From the NCBI GenBank assembly GCA_029858565.1, contig JAOUEV010000016.1:1-55840 (forward strand): 55,840 nt of DNA, in the 5' to 3' direction. The stretch comes from Nitrospirota bacterium (lineage in GTDB: Bacteria > Nitrospirota > UBA9217). Below, piece by piece: positions 26,437 to 35,852 of this stretch. A program made the translations under genes and the position numbers. The notes beneath the pieces were generated by a model. The model ran no database searches and had not been told where the DNA came from. It worked only from the letters and a program-made list of their open reading frames with translations. How positions within the stretch are numbered: the stretch's first letter is position 1; every line of letters starts with the position of its first letter.

Positions 26437-27489
26437 TCAAGCAAAGGCCTTCCTGGCATCTATTGCCAGGTCCTCGGGCAGGGTAAAGATCAGCTCGGAC
26501 TGGAGCATCTTCTGGAGAAAATAATCGTCATTCCGGTAGTTGGCGCAGAAGTTCTGCCTGGTCACGATCTTGAACAAGCACCGGAACCCTATCGTCTCCC
26601 CTCCCCGCGCCGAGTAGAGCGAGAAGTTGAAGCTCAGATGGCCGAGGCCCTCTATCAGGCCGAGCACGCGGGAGATCCCTTCGCTCAGCTCCCGGAGATC
26701 GCGCACCGTGATCTTCCCCAGGTCGCCTTCCTCCTCATGGATTGCCATGATCTCGTTGCTTCCCAGGGGAGAGAAGGCCGTGAGCCAGTGCCAGGCCCCG
26801 TGCTTGACGATGTACCGCTCGTTGGCACGCATCTCCTCCTCCAGGAAATCAGCGAAATAGTAGGTGCCCCGCTGAAGCAGATATTCCGTTGATCCGTTCA
26901 GGAGGCGGGCATGATAGGAGTAAGGAACCGGCGTCACGAGCATCTGCATGTGCGGGTGGACCAGGCTCGCTCCCGCCGGGAGAAGATAGTTGCAGTTCAC
27001 CGTGGCAAAAGCAAGGGTCACGTCCTGCTGATAGATGTCGTTCAGGAAAATGCGGGCCGCCTGGAAGCCGTCGGCCAGCAGCGGCGGACTGAACTGGGAG
27101 GGCCGAAGAAAGTGCGCTTTGGACAGGACAATCACGGGATGGTGAGGCGCCAGCGAGAACAGGTTCGCGAACAGCACGGCTTCGCCCTGCTCCATCCTTC
27201 CGCCGGGCAGCAGGCTGTCGGGATACCGGGCGGTCTTCTGGTGCGCGTTCTCGCCGCAGAAGATGCAGGAACCCGCGCTCTCCTCCACCAACTTCCGTAG
27301 GAGCTCTTCGTCGTTCTGGCCGAAGAAGGCCTTTGCCTTGTCCCTGAGATAGGGGTTGTAGACGCTCGTATCGCCGGTGAGCGGGTCCTTCCGGACCTCG
27401 ACGGTATGCAGTTCCGGCGCGAAGTCGTTGAAGGGGTTCAGGATCGTGAAGCTCGACTCGAACTTCTCAAAGGCGATCTTTCCCATCAT
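26437..27489 (-). CDS. Galactose-1-phosphate uridylyltransferase family (GalT-like)
   Basis: EVRKDPLTG, CIFC, AGASLVHPHMQ. Confidence 0.85.
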   Translation of the reverse strand: MMGKIAFEKFESSFTILNPFNDFAPELHTVEVRKDPLTGDTSVYNPYLRDKAKAFFGQNDEELLRKLVEESAGSCIFCGENAHQKTARYPDSLLPGGRMEQGEAVLFANLFSLAPHHPVIVLSKAHFLRPSQFSPPLLADGFQAARIFLNDIYQQDVTLAFATVNCNYLLPAGASLVHPHMQMLVTPVPYSYHARLLNGSTEYLLQRGTYYFADFLEEEMRANERYIVKHGAWHWLTAFSPLGSNEIMAIHEEEGDLGKITVRDLRELSEGISRVLGLIEGLGHLSFNFSLYSARGGETIGFRCLFKIVTRQNFCANYRNDDYFLQKMLQSELIFTLPEDLAIDARKAFA

Positions 27490-28060
27490 TCTCTCCCATG
27501 CCCTGGCTGCTCTGGCCGGTCGTGGTCTCTCCGCTCGCGGGCCCGCTGCCCGTCTCCTGCCTGCTGCCGAAGTCACTGAAGGTCTCGCGGCTGTAGATCC
27601 CCGGCATGGCGTGTTCTCCCGCCGCGAAGATGAACTCCACGGCCTTGATCGAGGGGCTCTCGGTGAGCGTGTAGGTGGCGGCGGCAAGATACCCCTGGGC
27701 TCCCGAGGTGCCCATGCGCTCGGTCAGATACCCGCTGTTGATGATCTCCACCCGGGCTACGCCCTTGTCAATGGCCTGAAGACGCAAATGGGGAAGTTCT
27801 GCAGCGGCTTCGTCCGGGCCGCTGTCCCGAAAGGAGCGGTTCAGGGCGAAGATCAGCTTGTTCACATCATCCCGTATCTCATTGATCCGCGCGCCGCGAA
27901 CCAGCCGATCCGCGCCGCTGTTCGCGTCCTCTTCCACGGACCAGGCATGGTCGCGGCCATAGTTGGCGAAATCATTCTTCTTCATGAAGCGGATGGTCCC
28001 GATCAGAGCCGCTATCACCACCGCGCTGATCCAGAGCGTCTTGATCATGTGAGGTTTCAT
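27467..28060 (-). CDS. Membrane-anchored protein with a GerMN-like domain
   Basis: N-terminal TM segment; GTSGA...ATYTLTESPSIKAVEF. Confidence 0.65.
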   Translation of the reverse strand: MKPHMIKTLWISAVVIAALIGTIRFMKKNDFANYGRDHAWSVEEDANSGADRLVRGARINEIRDDVNKLIFALNRSFRDSGPDEAAAELPHLRLQAIDKGVARVEIINSGYLTERMGTSGAQGYLAAATYTLTESPSIKAVEFIFAAGEHAMPGIYSRETFSDFGSRQETGSGPASGETTTGQSSQGMGENDGKDRL

Positions 28061-28093
28061 GGAAACTCCAAAAATGGGATCCCGGCTTCCGTA

Positions 28094-29365
28094 TTACAGC
28101 AGGATTATCTGCCCCTTGGGCTCGCCCTGTTCCAGCCGCTCAAATATCCGTATCTTACCATATTCGCCGTCGTACCCGGGCGCGATGCGGACCTTTCCCG
28201 CGCGCATGAGCGTGACCGCCTCGGCAACAGCGGGCGTTGACGCGGCCTCGATGTCGCGGGGCTCGGCCTTGAGCAACACCGAGAACTCGTTGCCCAGGTC
28301 ATCAAGCATCTTTTCGTGGATCGCGCGGACCTTTTTCGTGTTCACCCCGCACTGCAGGGTCTCGGCAATGATCTCGGCCAGGGGAATGATGCTGGAATAT
28401 CCCGGCGCGTCCTTGGGACGGAATCCCTCCTCGCGGTCAGCCAGTTTGTCCACGCGGTGCATCACGCCCACGGTCACGCGCTTGCCGCAGGACGGGCAGA
28501 GATAGTTGTTCCTGACCGTTTCCCTCGGCGTAAGGCTTACGCCGCAGTCCCGGTGGCCGTCATAATGGTATTTCCCCTCTTCGGGAAAGAACTCGATCGT
28601 TCCGCCGAAGCCCTGCTTCGTCTTGATCGCGTCTATCATCGCACCATAGGAGATATCGGTATCGAAGATATTCGCCTCGCGGCCGAGCTTTGCCGCGGAA
28701 TGGGCATCGGAATTCGAGACCAGCGTGAGATCGTCGAGTTTCGACAAACGCCAGTTCATGGCAGGATCGGAGGAAAGTCCGGTCTCGATGGCGTGAATGT
28801 GCGGGGTCAGGTCCTCAAAGCACTCCTCCATCGTATCAAAGCCCGACATGGCGCCGAAGACCGAGAACCAGGGGGTCCAGACATGGGCGGGGATGAACAT
28901 TCCCTCGGGCGAGGCATCGAGCGTCATCCTGAGCAGTTCCTTCGCATCCAGCCCGAGGATCGGCCTGCCGTCGGAATGGAGGTTCCCGATCTTCGCCAGG
29001 GACGCGTTCAATCGCTCCGCGGACGCGAAGTCCGGCATCAGCACCACGGCATGGACTTTCCGGGTTTTTCCGTTCTTGCTGTAGATGCAGCTGATCTCCG
29101 CGGACAGGATGAACGAGACCTCGGCTGCGCAGGACGCTGGCACGTCATTGGCGCGGTACTTGTTCTTGAGCGAGAACAGCCCCGGCTCCCCCGGCTCCGT
29201 CTTTTCTTTCAGTTCTTTGATCCATGCGGGATGGGTGAAGTCGCCGGTGGCGATCACCCGGATGCCCTTGAGCTGCGCCGCACGCCAGAGCCCCTCCGGG
29301 GACATGTCCTGGCTGGTGGCGCGGGAGTATTTCGAATGCACATGCAGGTCGGCGATAAAAGACAT
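28094..29365 (-). CDS. Endonuclease Q family (PHP domain + Zn finger)
   Basis: DLHVHSKYSRATS, TGDFTHP, PAHVWTPWFS, IETGLSSD, SNSDAHS, GKYHYDGHRDC..CPSC, PGYDGEYG. Confidence 0.92.
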   Translation of the reverse strand: MSFIADLHVHSKYSRATSQDMSPEGLWRAAQLKGIRVIATGDFTHPAWIKELKEKTEPGEPGLFSLKNKYRANDVPASCAAEVSFILSAEISCIYSKNGKTRKVHAVVLMPDFASAERLNASLAKIGNLHSDGRPILGLDAKELLRMTLDASPEGMFIPAHVWTPWFSVFGAMSGFDTMEECFEDLTPHIHAIETGLSSDPAMNWRLSKLDDLTLVSNSDAHSAAKLGREANIFDTDISYGAMIDAIKTKQGFGGTIEFFPEEGKYHYDGHRDCGVSLTPRETVRNNYLCPSCGKRVTVGVMHRVDKLADREEGFRPKDAPGYSSIIPLAEIIAETLQCGVNTKKVRAIHEKMLDDLGNEFSVLLKAEPRDIEAASTPAVAEAVTLMRAGKVRIAPGYDGEYGKIRIFERLEQGEPKGQIILL

Positions 29366-29457
29366 GGCGGATTATAACACGAAACAGCGGATTTTCCAGA
29401 GAGAAGCGGCGGAAGGCACGGGAGCGGCTTCGGCTATAGCAGTTTTCCAGGTTTTGC

Positions 29458-29486
29458 TTGACAACCCCGGGAGGAATGCATATACT
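29458..29486 (+). promoter_or_regulatory. Strong sigma70 promoter facing the cassette island
   Basis: TTGACA-N17-TATACT. Confidence 0.8.
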
Positions 29487-29541
29487 CGATTCTCAGCACT
29501 TCCCCATTTATTCACGCATTAAAAATTGAATACCGAAGTCG

Positions 29542-29611
29542 GTAGGTCGGGTAGAGCGTTCATAGCGAAACCCGACATTTGTTGGGTTTCACTGTGGTCT
29601 ACCCAACCTAC
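29542..29611. repeat. GTAG REP doublet (REPIN-like)
   Basis: GTAGGTCGGGTAGAGC...GAAACCCGACA TTTGTTGGGTTTC...CTACCCAACCTAC. Confidence 0.88.
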
Positions 29612-29636
29612 AAACTAGTTATACCATAGAGAAAGA

Positions 29637-31097
29637 ATGCGCACCCTATTAACCATAGCCGTAATCATATATGTTATCCACCTTATATCAAATGTCTTTC
29701 GAAGGAGACATGATCTTGCTACCCCTCCAGAGATTGATAGCCCTCAGCAAATATCACATCAACAGCGATCAAGATCCCACAAAAAGGCTCATTCCGATAT
29801 TGATATTGCAGATATAGAAATCAACGAGGACTACAAGGCCGTTCTAAATCTGGTAGAAGTACAGAATAAAAGTGTCTATGTTACAGGCAAAGCAGGAACA
29901 GGTAAATCTACGCTCCTAAAATATCTGATAGCTACGACAAAGAAAAACATGGTTGTATTGGCACCCACGGGACTTGCGGCGATAAACGTTGGCGGCCAAA
30001 CCATTCACTCCTTCTTCAGATTCCCGCCGAAGCTTATCAAGAGGGAAGATATTAAACCCTCTAGAAATGCAATCTTATACCAGAAGCTTGATGCAGTGAT
30101 AATTGATGAAGTATCTATGGTGCGCGCGGACCTCATGGATGGCATTGACCACTCGTTGAGATTAAATAGACGAAGGCCGCACGAACCATTTGGTGGCGTT
30201 CAAATGATATTTTTTGGGGATTTGTTTCAACTCCCGCCTGTTGTCAGGGGTAAAGACCTTGAAGCCTATTTCAAGGAAGTTTATGGGGCACCGTATTTCT
30301 TCTGTTCTAAAGCAATTCGAAACAGCGGCATAGGCTTTATTGATCTGAAAAAGATTTACAGACAATCGGATGGCGACTTCATACAAATATTGAATAGTAT
30401 AAGAGAGAACAAATTGACCGCTGGTACCTTACGAGAGTTAAATAGCAAAGTTGTCACGAACCTCGCGAGTGTGGCACGTAAGGACTGCGTTACCTTGACA
30501 ACTACCAATAAAGCTGCGTTCGAAATTAACGAAGAATTCTTGGGAGCGATAAAGGAAAAGGAGTTTGAGTACTCCGCCGATATTCAGGGGAAATTTGATC
30601 AAAGCGATTATCCAACAGAAGCAAGCTTACGCCTGAAAAGAGGCGCAAGAATCATTCTTCTTCGGAATGACCCATTTAAGAAATGGGTAAATGGCACCCT
30701 AGCCCGAGTGTCTGATTTGGGAGAAAACAGAATCAGCATCGACGTTGATGGTTCTAAATATGAGATTAATAAGGAAATTTGGAAGAAGATCGAATATTAC
30801 TATGATAGGAATACGAAGAAGATAGAAGAGCGAGTGATTGGCAGTTTTGAACAATATCCCATTCGCCTTGCGTGGGCGATCACAATTCACAAGAGCCAGG
30901 GGCAAACGTTTGACCGCGTTTATATTGATCTGGGCAGTGGTGCTTTTGCTCATGGCCAGACATATGTCGCGTTGAGTAGATGTACTTCTTTTAATGGCAT
31001 ACAATTGCGCAGGCCTGTGGAGTCACGAGATGTAATATTCGACCCAAGAGTCTATGGTTACGCAAAAGTAATGGCAAACCACAGCCATAATGTATAA
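29637..31097 (+). CDS. Pif1/RecD-like SF1B helicase with N-terminal membrane anchor
   Basis: TGKAGTGKS, APTGLAA, TIHSFF, IDEVSMVRAD, FGDLFQLPP, QYPIRLAWAITIHKSQGQT, YVALSR. Confidence 0.93.
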   Translation: MRTLLTIAVIIYVIHLISNVFRRRHDLATPPEIDSPQQISHQQRSRSHKKAHSDIDIADIEINEDYKAVLNLVEVQNKSVYVTGKAGTGKSTLLKYLIATTKKNMVVLAPTGLAAINVGGQTIHSFFRFPPKLIKREDIKPSRNAILYQKLDAVIIDEVSMVRADLMDGIDHSLRLNRRRPHEPFGGVQMIFFGDLFQLPPVVRGKDLEAYFKEVYGAPYFFCSKAIRNSGIGFIDLKKIYRQSDGDFIQILNSIRENKLTAGTLRELNSKVVTNLASVARKDCVTLTTTNKAAFEINEEFLGAIKEKEFEYSADIQGKFDQSDYPTEASLRLKRGARIILLRNDPFKKWVNGTLARVSDLGENRISIDVDGSKYEINKEIWKKIEYYYDRNTKKIEERVIGSFEQYPIRLAWAITIHKSQGQTFDRVYIDLGSGAFAHGQTYVALSRCTSFNGIQLRRPVESRDVIFDPRVYGYAKVMANHSHNV

Positions 31098-31149
31098 TCT
31101 GGTGTTCGAGAGGGGCCTTGAAACTGCCCCCTCATCAACCGCGTTGGCT
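31092..31149 (+). mobile_element. attC-like recombination site
   Basis: GTATAAT-CTGGT-GTTCGAG-AGGGGC...GCCCC-CTCATC-AACCGC-GTTGGCT; R'' overlaps the helicase stop and mirrors GTTATAC at 29618. Confidence 0.72.
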
Positions 31150-31158
31150 TGGAGTCCT

Positions 31159-32244
31159 ATGATTACGAAGTTTCATGATGCAATGCGACTATATGGCGGG
31201 CGTCTCAACCACGAACACTTAGAAGAGTCAGGGATAACGCTAATTGAAGCCTATCGCACGCGAGCTGAACGCTTAATTGCTAGTGCCCGACGCGATCATC
31301 CTCGCTTACCTGCAATTCACTTCGACTACGTCAATAATAATTCTTTGAATGCCTATGCGTTCAAATGGGGCGGCGACTATTTTATCGGAATTACTTGGGG
31401 CGCCTTCACCATTCTACGGCTTCTGTTTATGCGGATGTTGGCAGATAAAAATGCACTGCTGACAATCGGCGACCCAAATCGAGAAGGTAATAATTTGCTC
31501 CCACTTGACAAGATGATTACGATAGGGCCGTCAGTACAATTACCATCCACTGGTCGCCTAGTTGTCGGTGCACCGCAAGACCCAACTCGTTTGCAGTTTG
31601 CTGTCACCGCTTTTGAAACAGCATTCTCCTTTTTGATCCGACATGAAATTACGCATATCCTCCACGGTCACCTCTCCCACCCTCTAGTAGCCTCCACAGA
31701 AGCGCTGCTCCCAGAGTTTGGTTGGCAACCCAAAACAGCGTCTGCGTCTTCGACTCGTCAAGTTCTCGAATATGATGCGGACAGATATGCTTCAATCGGG
31801 CTAGCAAAGTCTTTTATGTCTCATATTTCGACAGCACAAAATAATAGCATCGATCATCGTGCTTTCATGACGGAAACGTTTGTTGGTATAGGCTCAATGT
31901 TCCGGTTATTTGGCGATGCGAGTGCTTCGGGTTTAGATCTAGGCACCCTCCCGTACCCTCCTGTTAGATATCGCCAATATATTAGCATGACGGGGTTCTG
32001 CGATTACTTGAACATGGCAGCTAATAAAACCTTATTCGAGCTCTCGCAGGCCGTCTTTACCGAATCTTTTGCAGCGATAGAGAACGCATTCCCTAATTTC
32101 ACAAAAGTTGAGCCGTCAATCGAAGGACTTAATGAAGTATTGTCTGCCAATGGACGAAGGCATATCCAATGGCTCTTTGACGAATGGCAGAATCGGGTCA
32201 AGGGCGAATTACTGCCGTATTCCTTTGCTAAATTTTTATCTTAA
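31159..32244 (+). CDS. Lit/peptidase U49-like Zn metalloprotease
   Basis: LNAYA, FLIRHEITHILHGH (HExxH), QVLEYDAD, YPPVRYR; GGAG RBS before ATG 31159. Confidence 0.7.
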   Translation: MITKFHDAMRLYGGRLNHEHLEESGITLIEAYRTRAERLIASARRDHPRLPAIHFDYVNNNSLNAYAFKWGGDYFIGITWGAFTILRLLFMRMLADKNALLTIGDPNREGNNLLPLDKMITIGPSVQLPSTGRLVVGAPQDPTRLQFAVTAFETAFSFLIRHEITHILHGHLSHPLVASTEALLPEFGWQPKTASASSTRQVLEYDADRYASIGLAKSFMSHISTAQNNSIDHRAFMTETFVGIGSMFRLFGDASASGLDLGTLPYPPVRYRQYISMTGFCDYLNMAANKTLFELSQAVFTESFAAIENAFPNFTKVEPSIEGLNEVLSANGRRHIQWLFDEWQNRVKGELLPYSFAKFLS

Positions 32245-32249
32245 AGTTG

Positions 32250-32330
32250 GTAGGTTGGGCAAAAGGCTCATCTTGCCCAACTTTTCGTCAATAGCAGACG
32301 CGTTGGGCTTCATGCCTCAGCCCAACCTAC
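32250..32330. repeat. GTAG REP doublet (REPIN-like)
   Basis: GTAGGTTGGGCAAAAG...TTGCCCAAC ... GTTGGGCTTCATGCCTCAGCCCAACCTAC. Confidence 0.88.
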
Positions 32331-32364
32331 GACTTACCGCCGCTATTATCTGTAAAGGACCAAC

Positions 32365-33369
32365 ATGTTCAATGACCTAGAAAAAGAAATAAAACGCTTA
32401 AATGGCCAATCAGTATCTGTCCCGATTGAATCAGACGAAAAAGGATATATAGACAAGGAATGCCCATCAGCAGAATGTAAGTTCATCTTCAAGGTAAATA
32501 AGGCTGACTGGGCTAATATATTTAAAGATGAAGCAGTCTGGTGCCCTTTTTGCCGACATGAAGCACCGGCAAAGCAATGGTTCACAACAGAACAAGTCAA
32601 ACACGCTAAAGCCGAAGTGTTTACAGTTGTAAAGGGAATAATTCATAACACTTTAAAGTCACGCGCAGAAAAGTTCAACCGTAGTCAAACTAGAAATGGT
32701 TTTTTCACAATATCCATTGAAGTTAAAGGTGGTGTAAAGCGAACATACCCAATCCCTGTCAAAGCTGCTGAATCGATGAGGCTTGAGATACAGTGTGAAA
32801 AATGCCAGTCTCGTTTCGCAGTTATCGGCAGTGCATATTTTTGCCCTGCATGTGGTCACAACTCAGTTGTCCGAACATTCTCAGACTCACTCAGAAAGAT
32901 CACAGCAAAGAAAGACAGCATTCATATAATCAGAAAGACTCTCATTGAATCAGCAGGAAAAGATGAGGCAGAGTTGGTCTGCCGATCGCTTCTCGAATCT
33001 TGCATTTTGGATGGCGTTGTTGCATTCCAAAAATATTGCGAAGGTTTATACAATCGTTTTGGTGAAGCACCATTCAATTCGTTTCAGCGTCTAGATCAAG
33101 GTAGTAGTCTCTGGCGTAGTGCTATTCAAAAAGGCTATAGTGCTTGGTTGTCTGATCCGGAGCTAGCCGCTCTTAATATTCTTTATCAAAAGAGACATAT
33201 ACTTGCCCATAATGAAGGGATTGTTGACTCACGATATTTAGAAAAATCCGGCGACGTAGCATACAAGGAAGGCCAGCGAATTGTCGTTTCGGAAACAGAC
33301 ATCGATATTCTGGTATCGACACTCGACAAGTTAAGCAAAGGAATTAAAGAAATGTGTGACAATATATAA
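32365..33369 (+). CDS. Double Zn-ribbon protein with C-terminal HEPN-like RxxxxH domain
   Basis: CPSAEC/CPFC and CEKC/CPAC pairs; KRHILAHNEGIVD. Confidence 0.72.
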   Translation: MFNDLEKEIKRLNGQSVSVPIESDEKGYIDKECPSAECKFIFKVNKADWANIFKDEAVWCPFCRHEAPAKQWFTTEQVKHAKAEVFTVVKGIIHNTLKSRAEKFNRSQTRNGFFTISIEVKGGVKRTYPIPVKAAESMRLEIQCEKCQSRFAVIGSAYFCPACGHNSVVRTFSDSLRKITAKKDSIHIIRKTLIESAGKDEAELVCRSLLESCILDGVVAFQKYCEGLYNRFGEAPFNSFQRLDQGSSLWRSAIQKGYSAWLSDPELAALNILYQKRHILAHNEGIVDSRYLEKSGDVAYKEGQRIVVSETDIDILVSTLDKLSKGIKEMCDNI

Positions 33370-33412
33370 CAAGCGCGACCACAGCGAAGCGCCAAGTGCG
33401 GCGCGTCAGCGC
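33364..33412 (+). mobile_element. Truncated attC-like site at the island boundary
   Basis: ATATAAC-AAGCGCGACCACAGCGAAGCGCC...GCGGCGCGTCAGCGC; resembles the 2644-2702 site; R' is missing where the GNAT 3' end begins. Confidence 0.65.
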
Positions 33413-33909
33413 CCCATTTCCCGCCACCTCCCATCCGCCAGCACCACCGACGTCTCGGTCTGGCGCTCCGGGATGTTCCAGTACTTCCTGAGCAGCCGCT
33501 CCTTCTCCTCCCACGTCACAAGCCGGAATCCATGCTTCTCGTAGAACCGGACCGCCCAGTCCGCGGCCTGCCAGGTCCCGACCAGCATCGGCCGGGCCGA
33601 GAGCGTCTTGAGGTGCTCGATCAGCCTGCCGCCGACGCCCCTGCCGCGGTCCGCGGTCCGGACATAGGCATGCCGGATTAGCGTTACGTCCTGCACATCC
33701 TGGATGCCCATGACGCCGAGCAGTTTCCCCTCTCCTTCATACCCCCAGAAGACAACGCCTGCTTCCTGTTCATGCCTGAGATAGTCAACTGACATGTACG
33801 GTTCCCGCCACCGGTCAGCCGGAATGCGGCCTTTGTATGCCTGGGCAGCGTCATTGATGATTGCGAGAATGCTGTCGAAGTCATTTGATTCGCAGCAACG
33901 GATCATCAT
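33406..33909 (-). CDS. GNAT N-acetyltransferase
   Basis: RHAYVRTADRGRGVG, AVRFYEKHGF. Confidence 0.9.
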   Translation of the reverse strand: MMIRCCESNDFDSILAIINDAAQAYKGRIPADRWREPYMSVDYLRHEQEAGVVFWGYEGEGKLLGVMGIQDVQDVTLIRHAYVRTADRGRGVGGRLIEHLKTLSARPMLVGTWQAADWAVRFYEKHGFRLVTWEEKERLLRKYWNIPERQTETSVVLADGRWREMGR

Positions 33910-35852
33910 TCGGTCCTCTGCACAACCGCCCTCGCCTCTTCAAGCCACGTTGCCACGGCCTGCTCAAGCGTTCTTTGCTCCTGACCCGATATCCCCCGGG
34001 GATCGAACCGGTACCGGTAATGGAGCGCGAGCGCTTCGCCAAGTCCCTGCACCGACAGGCCGTTCTGCCCGTTGATCCGTTCGAGCCAGAGGCCGCAGGT
34101 CTCTCCGGACCTGCGCTCCCATTCAGTCGCCTGCAACAGCCTCTCGACTGCGGAAAAAGGCGAATCGCTCCCTAATCGGGGAACGGGAACTTCTTTTTCT
34201 TTCACCGAACCCGGCCTGCGGCGGAACCGCTTTCGCAATTTCCATGCTCCGGACAAAACCAGCGCCAGGACAGCGCCAAGTCCATAAGAACGATAAGCTG
34301 CCATACCGCTCCCCTCGCTCCAACGCCATTTGGAAATCTGAAAGGACAGAAAGGACCACAGATCCCCTGCAGGACCGAGCAGGCCTGTTGACGCCTGTTC
34401 GTCCTTGACCCAGCTCGGCGGCGTGGGATCGAAGGTTTGCCAGGAACCATCAACCCAGACCAGGACCCATGCATGGGCATCGCGGGAACGGACCAGGAAC
34501 GCCTTTTCAAGGGAGCTGTATTCATGGGCAAGGTATCCCACGGCATAGCGCGCAGGCACGCCTGCTTTCCTGAGCAGAAGCGTTGCCGCGGTGGCGAAAT
34601 ATTCGCAGTGGCCTGCCCGCGTTGTTTGCAGAAATCCCGCAAGAGGCGTTTCTGCGCCGTTTCCCGATTTTAGATCGAGCGTATACACGAAGCGGTCTTC
34701 GAAATATCGCTGGACCCTGTCGAGAGCGGCTGTTGGTTTGAGAGATGACAGTTTCAGCTCGGACTCGGTTGCTGAAATCGCTGGTTCTTCCTGCTTTGGC
34801 ACGGCCAGGTCGCTTTCGTCCGGCGGACCGAGGAATGACCTTTTGTCACGAGAGCGTTGCGTCCGGAACACTGCGAGTCCCGGCCCGCCCTCCACCGTGA
34901 CCGCTCCAAGACGGCTCACCACAAGGGACAATGCTTTCAGTCCGCTTACGTTAACACCATCGCTCAACAGGACAAGAGAGCCCTCTCCGTGCCTGAGAGT
35001 CATCGAAATTTCCACTGAATCCGGGGACGGAGTTCCCGGTCCGAGCATCCATCCTCCCTCGCCTGCTGCAGCACGAGCAGAGGACGCTTTTACGCCGTAC
35101 CAGGATTGCTTCCGATACACATTGTAGCTCGTTGAAAAAAGATAGAGCGGATTCCCTGAGGGGGGAATATTCGCGGCGCGCAGGACGACCCTGCTTGATT
35201 GCTTCCGTTTCCCAATATCTCCTATGGCAGTTGCAACGGACGTGGTATCGATCTCCTGCTGGAACGACCGGAGATAGAGACTTTCCACGGTCTTCTGGAG
35301 TTCGCGCAACGAGACTGCGCCGCCGAAACCCATGATCGAGACCGCGCCAAAGAGCGCGATCCAGACAAGGACCGAAGAACCCCTTGGCCGCGCGTTCCAG
35401 AGCATCCAGCCGATCAGGATCGCCAGGCAAGGAAAGAACCAGACAGCCTGCTCCTGCGCTGAGGAGGCAGCGCCGAGCACCAGCATGGCATAGGGGACGC
35501 CGAGATTGAACGGCTCCATCCTGATCCAGAGGAAGAAGATCCGCGAATCGATCCGCGCCGTGGTGCTGAAGGACTGGGCAGCCACAAGAGGGAAGAATAT
35601 GGCCGGCGCCCACTGCAGCGGCCGGAGCGCCTGTTCCCTGTTCACGAGAAAGACCACTCCGAGAATGATCAGGAACAGGACGGACGATAGTCTCCAGATC
35701 CGCGAGAAGTCCCGCTCCGCAAGGTTCATCCGCCAGGCTACGATGCGGTGCGCCTCGAGCACGAGCGCCATCGGCACGGCAGCAGCAAGCAGCCCTGTCT
35801 GCCAGCCCCAGAACAGGAGCGACAGGCCGATCAGGAGCGGCGGCGTGTTCAC
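33906..35852 (-). CDS. Membrane transglutaminase-like protein (TgpA-like)
   Basis: Multi-TM N-terminus; GHCEYFA, DAHAWV, FDPTP catalytic triad; GTG start overlaps the DUF58 stop. Confidence 0.88.
   Translation of the reverse strand: MNTPPLLIGLSLLFWGWQTGLLAAAVPMALVLEAHRIVAWRMNLAERDFSRIWRLSSVLFLIILGVVFLVNREQALRPLQWAPAIFFPLVAAQSFSTTARIDSRIFFLWIRMEPFNLGVPYAMLVLGAASSAQEQAVWFFPCLAILIGWMLWNARPRGSSVLVWIALFGAVSIMGFGGAVSLRELQKTVESLYLRSFQQEIDTTSVATAIGDIGKRKQSSRVVLRAANIPPSGNPLYLFSTSYNVYRKQSWYGVKASSARAAAGEGGWMLGPGTPSPDSVEISMTLRHGEGSLVLLSDGVNVSGLKALSLVVSRLGAVTVEGGPGLAVFRTQRSRDKRSFLGPPDESDLAVPKQEEPAISATESELKLSSLKPTAALDRVQRYFEDRFVYTLDLKSGNGAETPLAGFLQTTRAGHCEYFATAATLLLRKAGVPARYAVGYLAHEYSSLEKAFLVRSRDAHAWVLVWVDGSWQTFDPTPPSWVKDEQASTGLLGPAGDLWSFLSFQISKWRWSEGSGMAAYRSYGLGAVLALVLSGAWKLRKRFRRRPGSVKEKEVPVPRLGSDSPFSAVERLLQATEWERRSGETCGLWLERINGQNGLSVQGLGEALALHYRYRFDPRGISGQEQRTLEQAVATWLEEARAVVQRTE

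Noticed and set aside
31090-31158. N-terminal extensions in the ORF track (also at 1404, 4122, 13608, 15190, 25017, 26459, 27687, 36050, 37324, 50398)
   Set aside because: They translate attC, repeat, intergenic or neighbouring-gene DNA; downstream starts match RBSs or family N-termini better.
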